Part shown: piece after piece, positions 23,966-34,694 of the stretch | Position numbering within the stretch: position 1 is the first letter of the stretch | How the letters are laid out: every line of letters starts with the position of its first letter | Assembly (NCBI GenBank): GCA_963824385.1 | Contig: CAWGPD010000002.1 | Location: 1-64,000 of the forward strand | Origin: an uncultured Nitrososphaerota archaeon | GTDB taxonomy: Archaea > Thermoproteota > Nitrososphaeria > Nitrososphaerales > Nitrosopumilaceae | Direction: 5' to 3' | DNA: 64,000 nt | Translations under genes and position numbers: made by a program | The notes under the pieces: generated by a model | Seen by the model: only the letters and a program-made list of their open reading frames with translations | Database searches by the model: none | What the model was told of the DNA's origin: nothing

Positions 23966-24549
23966 ATAGCACCTTTTGTACTTGGTACTCCTTTTTGTTT
24001 TTCATCATAACCTGCTGCGGTTCTCCAAGCTACTGCAAATGCCTTTATCGCAGCTTCAATTTTGTGGTGATCATTCTCACCATATTTTACTGATACGTGC
24101 ATGCAGATGTTTAGATTCTGTGCAAATGATCTGAAAAAGTGTTCCAAATCCTCCTTTGAGATTCCTTCTATCTGATTTCTTTCAATAGACAAGTCTATTC
24201 TTTGATATTGTCTTTTAATAAGATCTAGTGACGCCTCTGCAAGAGATTCATCCATTGGTACTGTAGAGTGACCAAATCTTACAATTCCCATTCTATTACC
24301 CAAAGATTGATCCATTGCATTTCCAAGAGTTATAGCAATATCTTCAATTAGGTGATGATTTATTCCATCTATTGATTTTGCATTCAATTTGAGGTCAAGC
24401 ATAGCATGCTTAGATAATGATGTGATCAGATGATCGAGAAATGGAAGACCTGTTTTTATAGAGATTTTCCCCTTTCCGTCCAGATTTACCTCAACTAATA
24501 CTTCGGTTTCCTTAGTTTTCCTATTGATTTGAGCTGTTCTAGATTTCAT
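23962..24549 (-). CDS. hisB: Imidazoleglycerol-phosphate dehydratase
   Basis: HHLIED, PMDE, NDHHKIEA, PSTKG. Confidence 0.95.
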   Translation of the reverse strand: MKSRTAQINRKTKETEVLVEVNLDGKGKISIKTGLPFLDHLITSLSKHAMLDLKLNAKSIDGINHHLIEDIAITLGNAMDQSLGNRMGIVRFGHSTVPMDESLAEASLDLIKRQYQRIDLSIERNQIEGISKEDLEHFFRSFAQNLNICMHVSVKYGENDHHKIEAAIKAFAVAWRTAAGYDEKQKGVPSTKGAM

Positions 24550-24574
24550 TAAAATCCCTGAGTAGAGAAGTGGT

Positions 24575-25561
24575 TTATGCCCTAACTAGATTTAATGTCT
24601 TCGGAATTAGATCTATAGATTTGACTATAATGTCGGCATTGTTGCTCTCAAATAGAGATCTTTTTGCATCCTGATCTTTGCTAGTGCCATATACCCCACA
24701 GAATATTATCGGAATTCCAGACTCATTTGCCTTACGTGCCATGATACAGTCCTCCATAGAATCACCTACGTATAGCGAATTATTCCCATTCATACCTTTT
24801 ATCACAGATATGAGAGATTGAGGATTTGGTTTTGCCATTTCACGTGGCTCATCCTCTAAGAATCTAGAATTATTCAAATCAAATTCATTAATCAAGTTTT
24901 TAAGAGAATGTTTTGTCGATAGAAGACCCCTACCTGTTACAATGGCAATTTTTTTGTCAAATTTTTCATGTAATAGTTTTACAAGATCTTTTTTCAAAAG
25001 CACTACATCATTTTCAATTAATCCCAAACCATCAAAAAACTGTGGTTTTCTCTTGTAAAGTTGTCCATATAGTTCAGAACCGTAAAATATTTCATCAAAT
25101 ATAGAGGAAAGCGGATTTTGGAATTTTTTACTTGGGTATGCTAGTTTTTTTCTAATATCAAAAACATTAATGTTGACATCATCTAGATATTTTTCAACTG
25201 ATTTTATTCCAGTTTGGTCTGCATTTTCTATTACTTTGAGAACAAATTTAGAAAATGCTTCATTTTTTTTCTTTGCTGCAACAACAGAAAGTATTAGAGC
25301 ATACGTCACATCAATTTCATCATTAAAACCACCAGTAGTCTTAAAACCTTCTATCATACTTGTTGTTACCAATCCAGATTCACTGATTTGTGCCATTTCT
25401 TTTATAATAAAATCTACAGTTTTTTTTATAGCTAAATCATAAGAATTAGACACATCTATTAGAACTCCATCACAGTCAAACACTATAGAATCCAGTTGCT
25501 TTATCTTCCCAATTTTTGTAGAATCTATTATGATTCCATTTTGTATTTCATTTAAAGTCAA
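24575..25561 (-). CDS. HAD hydrolase, probable histidinol-phosphate phosphatase
   Basis: DCDGVL, VTGR, KPNP, GDSMED; lies between hisC and hisB. Confidence 0.75.
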   Translation of the reverse strand: MTLNEIQNGIIIDSTKIGKIKQLDSIVFDCDGVLIDVSNSYDLAIKKTVDFIIKEMAQISESGLVTTSMIEGFKTTGGFNDEIDVTYALILSVVAAKKKNEAFSKFVLKVIENADQTGIKSVEKYLDDVNINVFDIRKKLAYPSKKFQNPLSSIFDEIFYGSELYGQLYKRKPQFFDGLGLIENDVVLLKKDLVKLLHEKFDKKIAIVTGRGLLSTKHSLKNLINEFDLNNSRFLEDEPREMAKPNPQSLISVIKGMNGNNSLYVGDSMEDCIMARKANESGIPIIFCGVYGTSKDQDAKRSLFESNNADIIVKSIDLIPKTLNLVRA

Positions 25562-26628
25562 TTCAATAAATCCCGTATAGCTGTAAGAAATTTAGAATTC
25601 ATATCTTGAGAACCCACAGTAACTCTTAGACATCCTTCATGGGGACCAATTTTACCAAGATTTTTTATTGATATGCCTTGTTCTATCAGTGCCTTGTGGA
25701 TTCTTTGGCCAGAACCTCCAGTTGCAAAAAGAATGAAATTGGCTTTTGAGTCAAATACCTCGAATATTTTCATCTGTTTTAGAGTGACTATAATTCGTAA
25801 ACGTTCTTTTTTAACAAGATCTGCAATATCTGTGAAATATTGGGATTGTCGTAATGCCAATATACTAATCTCTATTGCCAGAGTGTTTAATGGGTAAGGA
25901 TACTGTATTACCCTAGTAAATGTATCAATTATTTTGGAATTAGCCACAAAATAACCTACTCGCAATCCAGCTAATCCAAATGATTTGGACAAGGTTCGTA
26001 ACACAATAAGATTATTGATTTTTTTTGTCATTTCTACAACAGAATAATCAGAGAATTCTACATATGCTTCATCTATGATGACAAGACCCTTGAATTCCCG
26101 AATCAATTTTTCTAGATCCTTTTTCTGAAATTGAAATCCAGTTGGATTATTTGGCATATCAAGATAAAGAATATCAGCTTTCTTGGAGCTTGACAAAAAT
26201 TTTTCCAGATCAAGGGTCATATTTTTATCAAATGGAATTTTTATTGTAGAAATAGAATATAGCTTACATCGTTCTTCAAAGAATCCAAAGGTCGGATCAG
26301 ATGTTAGAATTTTTGTTTCTTTAGAGGCAAATATATTCAAAATTAGATCAATTATCTGATCAGATCCATTTCCAACACCAATCATTTCTCTTGGCATTCC
26401 TATATATTTTGAAATAGATTGAGCTAATCTTTCTATGCCACCTAGCGGATATTCTCTTACATCAATATTTTCCTTCACTTCGTTTATCATTTTCTGAAGA
26501 AATTCTTGCGATACTACATAATTTTCGTTTGAATCAAGTTTTATTACATTAGAATACTTTTCAGGTTTCTTGTAACCTGTAAGTTTAGAATATTTTTCTA
26601 ATTCTTTTTCAAACCAATCTTTTTTCAT
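25558..26628 (-). CDS. hisC: Histidinol-phosphate aminotransferase
   Basis: NEN, PNNPTG, DEAY, RTLSKSFGLAGLRVG. Confidence 0.93.
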   Translation of the reverse strand: MKKDWFEKELEKYSKLTGYKKPEKYSNVIKLDSNENYVVSQEFLQKMINEVKENIDVREYPLGGIERLAQSISKYIGMPREMIGVGNGSDQIIDLILNIFASKETKILTSDPTFGFFEERCKLYSISTIKIPFDKNMTLDLEKFLSSSKKADILYLDMPNNPTGFQFQKKDLEKLIREFKGLVIIDEAYVEFSDYSVVEMTKKINNLIVLRTLSKSFGLAGLRVGYFVANSKIIDTFTRVIQYPYPLNTLAIEISILALRQSQYFTDIADLVKKERLRIIVTLKQMKIFEVFDSKANFILFATGGSGQRIHKALIEQGISIKNLGKIGPHEGCLRVTVGSQDMNSKFLTAIRDLLN

Positions 26629-27899
26629 GATAATCTTCCCTTTACTGCTTCATAGTGATTTGGTAATCCTTCTGCATCAGTTAAGGCCTTCATATATTTT
26701 GAAATTTTTTCTAAGGCAAGTTTAGAGGATTCTATTTGTGTATTCATCTTCATGTAATCCAATACACCCAGTGAACCTCTAGTTCTTCCAAATCTATTAG
26801 TTGGAAGTATGTGATTTGAACCTAATAGATAATCACTAGCTGAAGATGGAGTATTTTTTCCAATTAACGTCAATCCTGCTGATTTTATTTTCTTTGCTAA
26901 TTTTTGTGGCGTATTTGTGATTATTTCAAGATGTTCAGGTGCAAGTTTGTTTGCAAAATCTACCATTTGCTGTTCTGTACTGCAAATAGCTATGAATCCA
27001 TTTTTTTGTAGACTTTCTTTTACGATAGAGGCTCTCTTGATCGTTTTTATTTTTCGTTGTAATGATTGCAGTACCAAGTTTTTCAATTTTAAAGAGTTTG
27101 TAATTAGACAACACATAGTATCTGGACTATGCTCTGCCTGAGATATCATATCAAGTGAGATAAGTTCAGCATTCGCAGTAACATCTGCAATAATGGCAAG
27201 CTCAGTAGGACCTGCAATCATATCAATTGAAACTACTTCACTTAGTAATGATTTTGCAAGGGTTACAAATGCTCCTCCTGGACCAACTATCTTATCAACT
27301 TGAGGAATAGATTTAGTACCATATGCCAAGGCAGTGATGGCCTGAGCACCGCCTGTTTTATAAAATTCATCTACACCACAAATATCAGCTGCTACAAGTG
27401 TCAACGGATCTATTACTCCCTTTTCGTTTGGAGGAGATACTGCAATTATTTTTTTAACACCAGCAACCTTTGCTGGAATAACAGACATAACAACAGTACT
27501 TGGATATCGTGCCTTTCCACCTGGAATATAGCAACCTACCATATCAATTGGCAAAAATGTTTTTTTTATTATAACACCATCAATTGTTATTGTTATATTT
27601 TGTAATTTTTTACGTACGGCATTTTCAGATTTTTCTAATCTCATTTTTGCAAGTTTAATGCCTTCGATTTGAACTTTTTCAACCTTCGAGTATGCAGATC
27701 TAATTTCTTGCTTGGTGACTTTCAAAGAATGGATTTTTACTCCACTGAATTTTGTTTCGTATTCTTTAAGGGCTTTATCTTTTCGTTTTCGTACATCTGA
27801 AATAATAGATAATACTTTTTGTCTTACAACTTCATTTGTTTTGGGTCTAATTGATTCTATGACAGAATCTATGTCTTGAACATATATTATTCGCATCAA
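26625..27899 (-). CDS. hisD: Histidinol dehydrogenase
   Basis: YIPGG, GGAQA, AGPTE, QAEH, APEHL, NHILPT. Confidence 0.95.
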   Translation of the reverse strand: MMRIIYVQDIDSVIESIRPKTNEVVRQKVLSIISDVRKRKDKALKEYETKFSGVKIHSLKVTKQEIRSAYSKVEKVQIEGIKLAKMRLEKSENAVRKKLQNITITIDGVIIKKTFLPIDMVGCYIPGGKARYPSTVVMSVIPAKVAGVKKIIAVSPPNEKGVIDPLTLVAADICGVDEFYKTGGAQAITALAYGTKSIPQVDKIVGPGGAFVTLAKSLLSEVVSIDMIAGPTELAIIADVTANAELISLDMISQAEHSPDTMCCLITNSLKLKNLVLQSLQRKIKTIKRASIVKESLQKNGFIAICSTEQQMVDFANKLAPEHLEIITNTPQKLAKKIKSAGLTLIGKNTPSSASDYLLGSNHILPTNRFGRTRGSLGVLDYMKMNTQIESSKLALEKISKYMKALTDAEGLPNHYEAVKGRLS

Positions 27900-28873
27900 C
27901 TTTCCTCATCACGTTTTATCTCCTCAAGTGCAAGTATTTGTTTTGGTTCATGCACTACTAAACCTTGAGCAATCTTTCGTAATTTTGGAATCATTTTGTG
28001 AAACTCGGATTTTGGAATCACAGTGTTGATACCATACCATCCCTTTTCACTCAAAGGACTTACGGTAGGACGTTTTAGGGATGGTAGATCATGTAATAAT
28101 TTGTTGAGATGTTCTTCTTTTACATTTAGGAATAGATGAAGGTGTTTTTTTCCTTCTACTGCACCTCTCAACATAGTTACTATATCATAAATTTTTTCTC
28201 TTTTTGATTTGTCTTTAAGAGATGTCTTATTTGCAATCAAGACAGCAGCCGATTCCATCACGGTATCAATTATTTTCAATTGATTTTGTGTCAGTGTGGT
28301 ACCAGTTTCTGTTACATCTACAATTGCATCTACATCCTCAGGGGGTTTTGCTTCTGTAGCACCAAATGAAAGAAATATTTGAACATTCTTGTTTGAACCT
28401 TGACTTAACCACGGTGTTACAATAATTGGATGCTTTGAACCATAAAGTTTCTTGTAGCTTTTACATTGCATGATAAATTTAGCAGTTGTATTAAGATACT
28501 CTGAAGAAATTCGTAGTGTTTTTTTCTTCTTTGCATAAGACAAGATCATTTCATCAAGTGATTTGAAATGATATGAATCAGGTATTGCAAGTACAAGTTT
28601 TATTTTACCATATTCTAAATCTAAAAGTATTTCAACATCTGAATTTGTTTCCTTAACCCAGTCTCTTCCTGTAATACCAACATCATACAAACCAGCAAAT
28701 ACTAGATTAGGTATTTCCTGAGGACGCAACATCTTGACTGAAATTTGTGGGTCATCTAATATTACACGATATGTTCTTTCCCGTCTAACTACCCGTGTCC
28801 ATGATCTTTCAAGTATCTTAAAGGTCGCTTCCTCTATACTTCCTTTGGGAACTGCAAATTTCACCAGAGCCAA
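27896..28873 (-). CDS. hisG: ATP phosphoribosyltransferase, long form
   Basis: AVPKG, RPQEIP, IVDVTETGTTL, C-terminal PTVSPL regulatory domain. Confidence 0.93.
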   Translation of the reverse strand: MALVKFAVPKGSIEEATFKILERSWTRVVRRERTYRVILDDPQISVKMLRPQEIPNLVFAGLYDVGITGRDWVKETNSDVEILLDLEYGKIKLVLAIPDSYHFKSLDEMILSYAKKKKTLRISSEYLNTTAKFIMQCKSYKKLYGSKHPIIVTPWLSQGSNKNVQIFLSFGATEAKPPEDVDAIVDVTETGTTLTQNQLKIIDTVMESAAVLIANKTSLKDKSKREKIYDIVTMLRGAVEGKKHLHLFLNVKEEHLNKLLHDLPSLKRPTVSPLSEKGWYGINTVIPKSEFHKMIPKLRKIAQGLVVHEPKQILALEEIKRDEES

Positions 28874-28913
28874 TGTAGTCCTACCAAACTTCTTTGGATA
28901 TATATTTAGTCGC

Positions 28914-30179
28914 CTAGAGATTACCTAAGATTTCCTTTGCCCTAGTTACCGAGACATTTCCTTCTTTAATCATTTGAGATATCACCTTAGTCATTTTTTC
29001 TTGTGGAACCCCCGCATTTGTGGCTATATTTCGTGCATGAAGTTTCATGTGTCCTTTTTGAATTCCTTCAGAAGCCAAAGCCCTTATTGCACTAAAATTC
29101 TGTGCAAGTCCAGCTGCTCCTACTATACAGGCCAATTCTCTGGCTGATTTTATACCCAAAATTTTCATACATATTTTTATCATAGGATGAATGTTGATTA
29201 TTCCACCTACAGTTCCTACCGACATTGGCATTTCAATTTCTCCAAGTAGATTTCCTTTTTTATCCTTCTTCCATTTCGTAAGTGAAGTATATTTTCCAGA
29301 TCTTGATGCATATGCATGTGCAGCTGCTTCAATTGCTCTTGTATCTTGTCCAGTAGAATTTGCAACTGCTATAATTCCATTCATTATTCCCTTATTATGA
29401 GTCACAGCTCTGTAAGGATCATTTGCTGCAAATTCATAAGCCCAAATAATATTATCAACTATTTCTTCACCACCCAATTCTTCTTTATCAAAAATAGCTT
29501 TCCCTCTTACCAATCTTTTTGTAGAATAGTTCGATAATATTTTTAGAATCACTCTTCCACCAGTTAATCTCTCAATCAATGGTGCAATTGCCTCACACAT
29601 GGTATTTGTTACATTAGCACCCATTGCATCTCCTACATCTATCAAAATTTCTACAACAACCATCAGACCTGATTCGACAGTAATTTGTTTACATGAAATT
29701 TCTTTTGCACCTTTACCCATTTTTGAGAGAGTTTTACTTTTGGAATTTGCAAGAGAAAGAATTTCATCTGATGCATCAATTACTTTTGAAATTGCCAGTT
29801 TAACATCAACATCTACGACTTGAATTTGTCCTATGCTGTATGATTCGTCAGCTTCCATTACAAATCCTCCATGTTTTCTTGCAATCTTGGCTGCTTTTGA
29901 TGCAGCAGCAATAACAGATGGTTCTTCTATCACCATAGGAATGAGATAATCATTTCCATTTATTTTGAAATTAGTAGTTATACCAAGAGGATATGATACA
30001 GTTCCAATAGCATTTTCAACCATGTTGTTGGCTTGTTCAAAATTAATCCCTCCTTCATTTTGTAGAATCTGTATATCTTCTCTTGAAAGATTTGAGAATA
30101 ATTTCAGTACGTGTAGTCTCTCTTCCCTTGTCTTTTCATTGAATTTAGGAATAGATGAATCTACCAATTTATTTGACAA
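28914..30179 (-). CDS. hmgA: Class II HMG-CoA reductase
   Basis: ENAIG, EEPSVIAA, DAMGAN, THNKG, GHMKLH. Confidence 0.93.
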   Translation of the reverse strand: MSNKLVDSSIPKFNEKTREERLHVLKLFSNLSREDIQILQNEGGINFEQANNMVENAIGTVSYPLGITTNFKINGNDYLIPMVIEEPSVIAAASKAAKIARKHGGFVMEADESYSIGQIQVVDVDVKLAISKVIDASDEILSLANSKSKTLSKMGKGAKEISCKQITVESGLMVVVEILIDVGDAMGANVTNTMCEAIAPLIERLTGGRVILKILSNYSTKRLVRGKAIFDKEELGGEEIVDNIIWAYEFAANDPYRAVTHNKGIMNGIIAVANSTGQDTRAIEAAAHAYASRSGKYTSLTKWKKDKKGNLLGEIEMPMSVGTVGGIINIHPMIKICMKILGIKSARELACIVGAAGLAQNFSAIRALASEGIQKGHMKLHARNIATNAGVPQEKMTKVISQMIKEGNVSVTRAKEILGNL

Positions 30180-31267
30180 CCCTCAATAGTTTATCATCTT
30201 TTGCGTCAGGAAATCCTTCATCATCTGTGTTTCCTGTAAGAATATACAGATAACCATCAGGTCCTACTCCAACCTCTCGAATTCTTCCCAATCCATCCAA
30301 GATGATTTTTTGCGATGTTATGTTACCATTTTGAAGAGGTAGTTGGTATACTATGTTACCACGAAGTGTAGTAAGTATAAGACTATTTTTGAGATCAAGT
30401 TTTCCCTGACCATAATAAGCTATTCCTGCAGGTTCCACACTGATATTATAACAAACAAGGGCATCTTGATATTCCTTTGAACCCGAGCACTCCTGACTTG
30501 GCCAACCATAATTCTTACCTTTCTCGATAATGTTTATTTCATCATTTTTTGTCGGTCCCTCTTCAGTCTCATAGAGATTTCCTTGATCATCCCATGCCAG
30601 ACCTTGTGGGTTTCTATGACCTAAAGAGTACACTGGTGAGTTTGGATAAGGATTATCATTTGGAATGGAACCATCGTCATTTAATCGTAAAATTTTTCCA
30701 GATAGTGAGGTCAAATCTTGAGCAGAGCTTTCATCTGTAGCATCACCCGTCCCTATGTAGAGTTTTTTATCAGGACCAAATTTTATTACACCACCATCAT
30801 CAAATTCAGCACCTGGAATTTTATCCAGTATCACTTTTGCATCCACAATCTTATCATTAGATTCTGTAATTTCCAATACTTTATTCCACAATTTATCGCC
30901 CTCTTTGTAGGTATAATAAACATACATTAGATGATTTTTTTCGAAATCAGGATGTGTTGTTATTCCAAGAAGACCTGCATCGGTAAGATCAGCTACATGA
31001 AAATCTGCTACAGAGTCATTGACAAGTATACCATTATCAATAACTCTTAACTTTCCAATCTTCTCAGTAAAGAAGATTTTTCCATCGCCAAATGTTAATG
31101 CCCAGGGTTTTTGTAAATTAGTTGCAATGACTTGTACTGCATCATTTCCAGTAGTAGAGCTGGAATTTGGTTTTGGAATTACAATAGAACCTGAAGGTGA
31201 TGTGATAATCAAAATTGAAGTCTGCAAGTGCGGCAATTATTGCCAATATTCTAGTTTTTTTATCCAC
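30169..31267 (-). CDS. PQQ-dependent glucose/sorbosone dehydrogenase-family beta-propeller, exported (frameshift at 31221)
   Basis: Repaired signal MDKKTRILAIIAALAAS; GKILR, GHRNPQG, NYGWP, GRIR. Confidence 0.88.
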
Positions 31268-31350
31268 AGGACTGAGACTTTAGAAATCCTATTAATTATT
31301 TCTAAATTCTTTTAAAGAGTATATATCACCCTTGAGGGATTTCTTCACTT

Positions 31351-31456
31351 AGCGGGGTGGGGAAGTCAGACTAAAGGGGCTAAGTCATCCCGGCGGGCTC
31401 ATAATCAACACTGATGAGATACCCGCAGTCCAGTAGTTCAAATCTACTCCCCGCTA
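31351..31456 (+). tRNA. Initiator tRNA-Met(CAT) with two introns (31370-31383 at 18/19; 31404-31420 at 37/38)
   Basis: A1:U72 pair, GGG/CCC anticodon stem; removing both introns gives a 75-nt cloverleaf; bulge-helix-bulge-type junctions. Confidence 0.92.
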
Positions 31457-31469
31457 TCTTCAAAATAGT

Positions 31470-32796
31470 TTAAGATGTTTTAAAAAACCATTTTTTTGAA
31501 TTATTAAATTCAATTTTTCTGTTAAATTTATCAATTCTTTGTAATGGACGTGTCAAATGTCGATGTGCAGAAGAAACTGGTAAGTAAAATTGCTTCTTAA
31601 TTTTTCGTGGAATCTCTTGCTCAACTTTGGTCAATCTAGTATTTCCACATTTAGAGCATTGATAGCCTTGATTTTTGCCCTTTGATTTCATACGTTTTTT
31701 ACATTTTATGCAAAGAGGATTTACTAAAACAATATATTTTTTGAGATCAAGTATTTCAAGAAATTCTACATTTAGAACTTGTTTATGATTTTTTGAAGAT
31801 TTTCTTATGCCTCCTCCAATTTTCACCAAATCTCCTTCCATCAGTTTCTCTGCAATAGTAGTAAGTTTAGTTGGTTTGTATACAGCACATTTTACCATAA
31901 CTCCATTTTTAGATATGGAAAAGAACACATGTCCGCCCAGAATTGTATATGGTTTTTCTACTATTTTTCCAACCAGATAACCTGAAGAAAATGGTTTTAG
32001 ATTTTGAATATCAATCTCATTTTGTAAGTGATCACCGGTACCTTGATTTGAGCGAAATACCATATAACCATAGAATTTTTCTTTGGATTTTACAAGAGAT
32101 GCACCTTTTATTACAGCATCTGGATCTTCTCCACGCACACCAAAGAATACAGGATCAGGACCATGTGGTGCAATTAAAATCCTATTCCTTGTCTCATCAA
32201 AAGCTGTTAAATGTTCTAGGAAATGTGACTTGTTGCATTTTTTCTACGCTATCTTTAAAAATTTCTCTTTTTTTCCTAAGATTTACTTTGTTCCTATATG
32301 AGATTAATTCAAAAGTATGATCTCGAAAATCATACCCTATTGCGCCTATTGCACCTATAAGTCCTTGACCATTACCAAGATGATAAGTTTCAAGTTTGTT
32401 ATCTTGCACGAACTTCTTTGCTTCATTTCTGCTTATGAGATGATCTAGTGCCATTTTTCCAAATTTAGTGAAACTTTCAGGGAGAATCTTATGTTCATAA
32501 AAAACTAGCCCTGGATTTGCACCATCTTTTACAGCCGAATATTTTTGGACATATTTTACAATATTCTTTTTTACCAATTGAGGCTTTCTGGTCTCAATCT
32601 TTAATGCAACTGCACCATTTCCCCTAGTTTTCCACGGTACATTTGGATTAAATCGAATCAAGTATGGATAATCAAGAAACTTTACTTTTTCTTTTTTTAG
32701 ATATTCTACTATTTTATAGGCAAGAAAAGTAGTACACATTCCTTTTCTTGAGTCCGTATCATCAAAGCCAATATGAAGAATGGAGGTCTCTTTCAT
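31470..32796 (-). CDS. tiaS: tRNA(Ile2) agmatinylcytidine synthetase (frameshift near 32200)
   Basis: GFDDTDS..GMCTT, NPNVPWKTRGNG, SNQGT, Zn ribbon, RHLTRP. Confidence 0.93.
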
Positions 32797-33023
32797 TCGA
32801 TTACAGTCATGGTAAGAGTAGAACGTACATTTTTGAGTTGCCTTATGTTATTTGAGATGGTTCTTTTTAGCGTCTCATTATCTGGCGCTTCCACTTTAAC
32901 CACCAAGTCGTAGGCACCATATAGAACATAGACATATTTTACGCTCTCCATGTTTTTTAGCTGGTTCAAAAGATCAGTTTCTGCCCCTAATTCGGCATTT
33001 ATCAGTACAAAAGCGATTGGCAT
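32793..33023 (-). CDS. Stand-alone Lrp/AsnC ligand-binding (RAM) domain protein
   Basis: AFVLIN, YGAYDLVVKVE, VRSTLT. Confidence 0.85.
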   Translation of the reverse strand: MPIAFVLINAELGAETDLLNQLKNMESVKYVYVLYGAYDLVVKVEAPDNETLKRTISNNIRQLKNVRSTLTMTVIE

Positions 33024-33106
33024 TCATTTGGTCTTCAAAATGTGCAATATTAAATATTGTGGCAGTTTCGTTTGATTTAAATTAAAAAAACAATTTCTGA
33101 TAACGA

Positions 33107-34102
33107 TTGATAGTAATAGATGAGAAAAAGATTTTTGAAGAGATAGAAAAAAGAAAACCAGTCTCAGTTGCCTTAAATGGACCAGATGGAATAATACCAA
33201 AGATTCAAGAAACAGCTTCAAGAATAATGGAGAGATTTGGTATTCCAGCATATGTTATGGCAGATAGCTGTTTTGGTACATGTGATCTTAATTCAAATGG
33301 TGCAAAAGTTCTAGGGGCTGAAATTCTATTTCATATAGGACATACTATCAATTCAATGAGTTTTGGGGATAACATAGTTCTCATAGATGCTTTTGATGAC
33401 ATATCATTTGAAAATGTTGCAAGAAAATGTATAGATGAAATTAAAGTAAAAACTGTTTCACTTGTTACAGATAGTCAACATTTACATGAAATTAACAAAG
33501 TAAAAAAAATACTTGAAGAAGGAGGAATTACCGTAAAAATTGGAAAGGGTAAAGGTCAACTAAATGACGGGCAGGTATTTGGTTGTGAATTTTATCCTGT
33601 TTCAGAAACCAAAGATAGTGTAGAGGCAAATATATTCTTGGGGCAAAGTAATTTTCATGCTGCTGGAATTGCACTATCTACTAACCTACCAACATACATA
33701 CTTAATCCATACTTCAATGAGATTAGAGAGATTACAGAATTTGCAAAAACACTACAGAAAAAAGCTATACTTACCATCTACAAGGCTGCAGAGGCAGAAA
33801 CATTTGGAATAATTGTTGGTCTAAAAGAAGGTCAGTTTTCAAAACTGACTGCTCTTAAATTCAAAAAGGAGTTAGAAAGTATAGGAAAGAAAGTACAACT
33901 ATTTGCCATAACAGAAATTTCTGATGACAAATTACGTAATCTCAAAGGAATTGATGCCTTTATTCAGGTTGCATGCCCAAGAATATCAACAGATAATCAT
34001 TTTCACAAGCCAGTTTTGTCTACTCCTCAGGCAAATGCATTACTGAAAATATTAAAAAAAGAAGGCATTGAGGGATTTCTCCAGATTCCCCACTGGCTAT
34101 AA
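33107..34102 (+). CDS. dph2: Diphthamide biosynthesis enzyme Dph2
   Basis: Fe-S Cys motifs FGTCD, GQVFGC, ACPRI. Confidence 0.92.
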   Translation: MIVIDEKKIFEEIEKRKPVSVALNGPDGIIPKIQETASRIMERFGIPAYVMADSCFGTCDLNSNGAKVLGAEILFHIGHTINSMSFGDNIVLIDAFDDISFENVARKCIDEIKVKTVSLVTDSQHLHEINKVKKILEEGGITVKIGKGKGQLNDGQVFGCEFYPVSETKDSVEANIFLGQSNFHAAGIALSTNLPTYILNPYFNEIREITEFAKTLQKKAILTIYKAAEAETFGIIVGLKEGQFSKLTALKFKKELESIGKKVQLFAITEISDDKLRNLKGIDAFIQVACPRISTDNHFHKPVLSTPQANALLKILKKEGIEGFLQIPHWL

Positions 34103-34135
34103 ACAATTATAATCATCAAATTTCAAATCAAGACA

Positions 34136-34690
34136 TTGTCTCAGAAACCAACCCTTCCAGGAGATAAAATTGCAATTATTGAAGAATTTGAAACTGGTGA
34201 AAATACCTTTGATGACGGTCAATCTATAAGATCACTTGTTATAGGTACTTCCGAATTTGATAAAACTAATCGCATAGCTAAAATCAATGAAATGCGAAAA
34301 CCTGCAGTTGCACAAGTAGATGATACGATCACTGGTAATATTTCAGCACTAATGAACAATATGTTTGCAATAAACATATTGTACATAAATGGAAAACCCA
34401 CACATTCAGGTCTAGAATGTATTTGTCAGGCAAGAGGAGCAAAGAAAAGGATCATGGTAAGAGTGGGAGATATCGTAAGTGCAAAAATAATTAGTCATCT
34501 AAATGGAGTTGTACATGCTACAATTAGTGAACCAGAACTTGGGGTTTTATTTACACAGTGTAACAAGTGTGGAGCAAAGGTGATATCAATGGGTAGCAGT
34601 ATAAAATGCGTAGATTGTGGATACATTGAGGAAAGAAAATTATCAAATAGGTTTGGAAACAGCGATTTTATAAAATTCAACTCTAACTAA
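34136..34690 (+). CDS. csl4: Exosome RNA-binding protein Csl4
   Basis: LPGD..IEEF, S1 domain, ELGV, CxxC..CxxC..ERKLS. Confidence 0.9.
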   Translation: MSQKPTLPGDKIAIIEEFETGENTFDDGQSIRSLVIGTSEFDKTNRIAKINEMRKPAVAQVDDTITGNISALMNNMFAINILYINGKPTHSGLECICQARGAKKRIMVRVGDIVSAKIISHLNGVVHATISEPELGVLFTQCNKCGAKVISMGSSIKCVDCGYIEERKLSNRFGNSDFIKFNSN

Positions 34691-34694
34691 GAAT

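Noticed and set aside
31351..31456. CAT-anticodon tRNA beside tiaS as tRNA-Ile2
   Set aside because: A1:U72 and three consecutive G-C pairs in the anticodon stem mark it as initiator Met.
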